A stretch of DNA of 63,837 nucleotides, filler included, from Rhabdomonas costata (lineage: Eukaryota), in assembly GCA_019059605.1 (NCBI GenBank). It is 26 parts of 26 records of this genome, joined end to end, with 100 filler letters (N's around TTAATTAATTAA, not from the genome) between each part and the next. Parts side by side here need not be neighbours in the genome. Positions count along the whole stretch, not along the records: positions 61,479 to 63,837 come from JAHMHO010003836.1; 25 more parts are not named here. One strand, given 5' to 3'. Each line of letters opens with the position of its first letter. Position 1 is the first letter of the stretch. The position numbers were made by a program, and so were the translations under genes. Below the pieces are notes generated by a model that saw only the letters and a list, made by a program, of their open reading frames with translations, was not told the DNA's origin and made no database searches. Of the stretch, positions 62,121 to 63,837 are shown piece after piece.

Positions 62121-63247
62121 CACATCGGCGGATTCTTCGTGGCCTTGCACTGGCAGAAGTACACCTGCTTGTTCTCCTTCGGCTCAAACAGAAATGGCGT
62201 AAAGTTTGTCCCCCGGCTCTTGTTCAAGCGGACATGGGTGCCGTCACAAAAGGGCTGACGTGAGCAGAAAAAAAAGCCAAAAATAAAATTGATTACCGAT
62301 TGTAATCATTTTTCGGTTTGTTTCACTGATGATGTTCCCTTTTGTTCTTTTTTCTCGCCTCGCATGCACCCTTGTGTGCGACAAAAGAACAACCACCACA
62401 GATAAAAAAACATATGCAACGAAAAACCGAGTCAAACAAGGAGGCTTGAGTCAAAGCTCGCTCCAAGAGAGGCTTGCTCACCTGGGTCTTGGAGGCTCCA
62501 CAAGTGCACCAGTAATACTTCTTCCCCGCTTCGACATCCACCGGAACGGGCACAGCCTTGGCCACCACCGCTCGGGTCTTGAGGTCATACGCATCTGTGT
62601 CCACCTTGGAGGAAAACCAAACTCCTCCAGCCTACCCGCCCCCCCCCCTCCACGTTCCGAAGAAGAGAGAACCCAAGTAAAATTGGGCAGGCATAGCCCG
62701 CAAACAGCGGCTCCGGCAGCAGCCAGTTCTCCAAGAGTACAAGTCCGCGCGTGCTCACCCTTGCAGTACACACCCCGGTGCCCTGGGGCTCCTCCCTAAG
62801 CTACTCCCTCAGCTACTCCCTCAGGCGTACAGGTCCAAAAAGCCCCCACTCCCCACCCAAAAAAGGGCTTTTGGGGACTTGGAAGTTCTCCAAAAATGAA
62901 GAGAACTGCGATAAGAGAAGGCACTCTCTCTGGCAGGCGGAATCTACGTTTCTACGTTTCTACGTTTCTACGTTTGGTCACCTGAATAACTCTCCCTCCT
63001 ACACACACACGCCCATCACACGCCGCCGAAGAAAAAAGCAGCACTGCACAAGGTGAAGTGTTTGATGCAGTCCTAACAAAGGGGGAGGGGAGCTGGGGCA
63101 AAGGCAAACCCCGCCTTGGGTCATCAAAAACTGAGCCATCGCATTCACAGGCTTGCTGGGAGCGTCCTTGATCAGCATGGCAGTCATGTTCTCCACGGTT
63201 TGTGGGATATCATTCTGGGAAAGATACCGCTTCGCCTCTTCAGACAT
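62121..63247 (-). CDS. Two-CDGSH [2Fe-2S] protein (MiNT/CISD3-like) with an N-terminal RIIa/Dpy-30-like docking domain (exons 63110-63247, optional 62759-62782, 62482-62604, 62121-62254; last exon missing)
   Basis: VDVEAGKKYYWCTCGASKTQ-PFCDGTH...QVYFCQCKATKNPPM(C) gives two CDGSH motifs. An upstream ATG exon, MSEEAKRYLSQNDIPQTVENMTAMLIKDAPSKPVNAMAQFL, splices to it in phase 0. Confidence 0.8.
62943..62975. repeat. (TCTACGTT)4 tandem repeat, intronic
   Basis: Directly visible. Confidence 0.9.
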
Positions 63248-63837
63248 ATTCGAAACCGCCGCAAAAAGGGAGCGGGTAGGGATGCCTTTTACATAAGCCT
63301 GCGGCACAAAAAAAGCCAAGAGCATTGAACCAGGGAAAATCGGGACCGAGACCATCAGACCCATAACCTTGTGGTTTTGTGGAATTGTGGCTGTGCTGCG
63401 AACATGTGCCCTTTGCAGCACACACACTTAGGTATTAGGTATTCTGTTTTACGGTGTTGGAGTCGTGGCGGCTGGCTGATCCGCATAGTGTGATGAATCA
63501 TTGGAATATCCATAAACGGCTCCTTTGACTCCAACCTTCGGGGACCAGAACCCCCCCAACACCAATATTTCAGTCCAAAACACCAGCTCTGCTAGAGTCC
63601 TCTGTGACCGACCACGGACATGAGCAGCCGTCGCATTACCGTTCAACTTGTTCTGTGCACTGACACTTGCAAGGTGGTGCCGACCAAGGCCTCGCGTCAG
63701 AAATCACTTCTTTCCACGTGTTGGTCAACAACCAAAGAGACACGGCCATATCATATTAATTGATCTCGCCAAAGAAAAATCTTGCTCAATCACATCGCAC
63801 AGCGCAAGCGTGTTTTACATTTTCTTCAAACACAAAC

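Overview
This window is not one locus. It is 26 unrelated contigs of about 2.35 kb, joined by 25 artificial 100-nt spacers (N44-TTAATTAATTAA-N44). The DNA is eukaryotic and intron-rich, with short GC-rich exons, mostly GT-AG introns and many microsatellites. Gene content and TTAGGG repeats suggest a protist, possibly a euglenid (inference). Most contigs begin G/T-rich and end C/A-rich, which suggests whole-genome-amplification primer remnants, so chimeric joins are possible. Recognisable spliced gene fragments: exocyst Sec10 and Exo70, a DUF229/sulfatase-like protein, an ankyrin-repeat protein, an IPT/TIG+EGF surface protein, a mucin-like protein, a small secreted protein, a GT-A-like glycosyltransferase, a dCache-type receptor ectodomain, a soluble-type adenylyl cyclase domain, a TPR protein, and a two-CDGSH (MiNT-like) protein apparently fused to an RIIa/Dpy-30-like docking domain. 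Mobile DNA: an internally deleted Merlin (IS1595-like) transposon and its MITE, which carries expanded TTAGGG repeats; a DIRS-type methyltransferase remnant abutting a Ty3/gypsy pol remnant; a probable hAT remnant; a perfect 38-bp inverted-repeat element; and a dispersed intronic repeat. No rRNA, tRNA or CRISPR was seen. All family assignments come from motif recognition by eye, not database searches.
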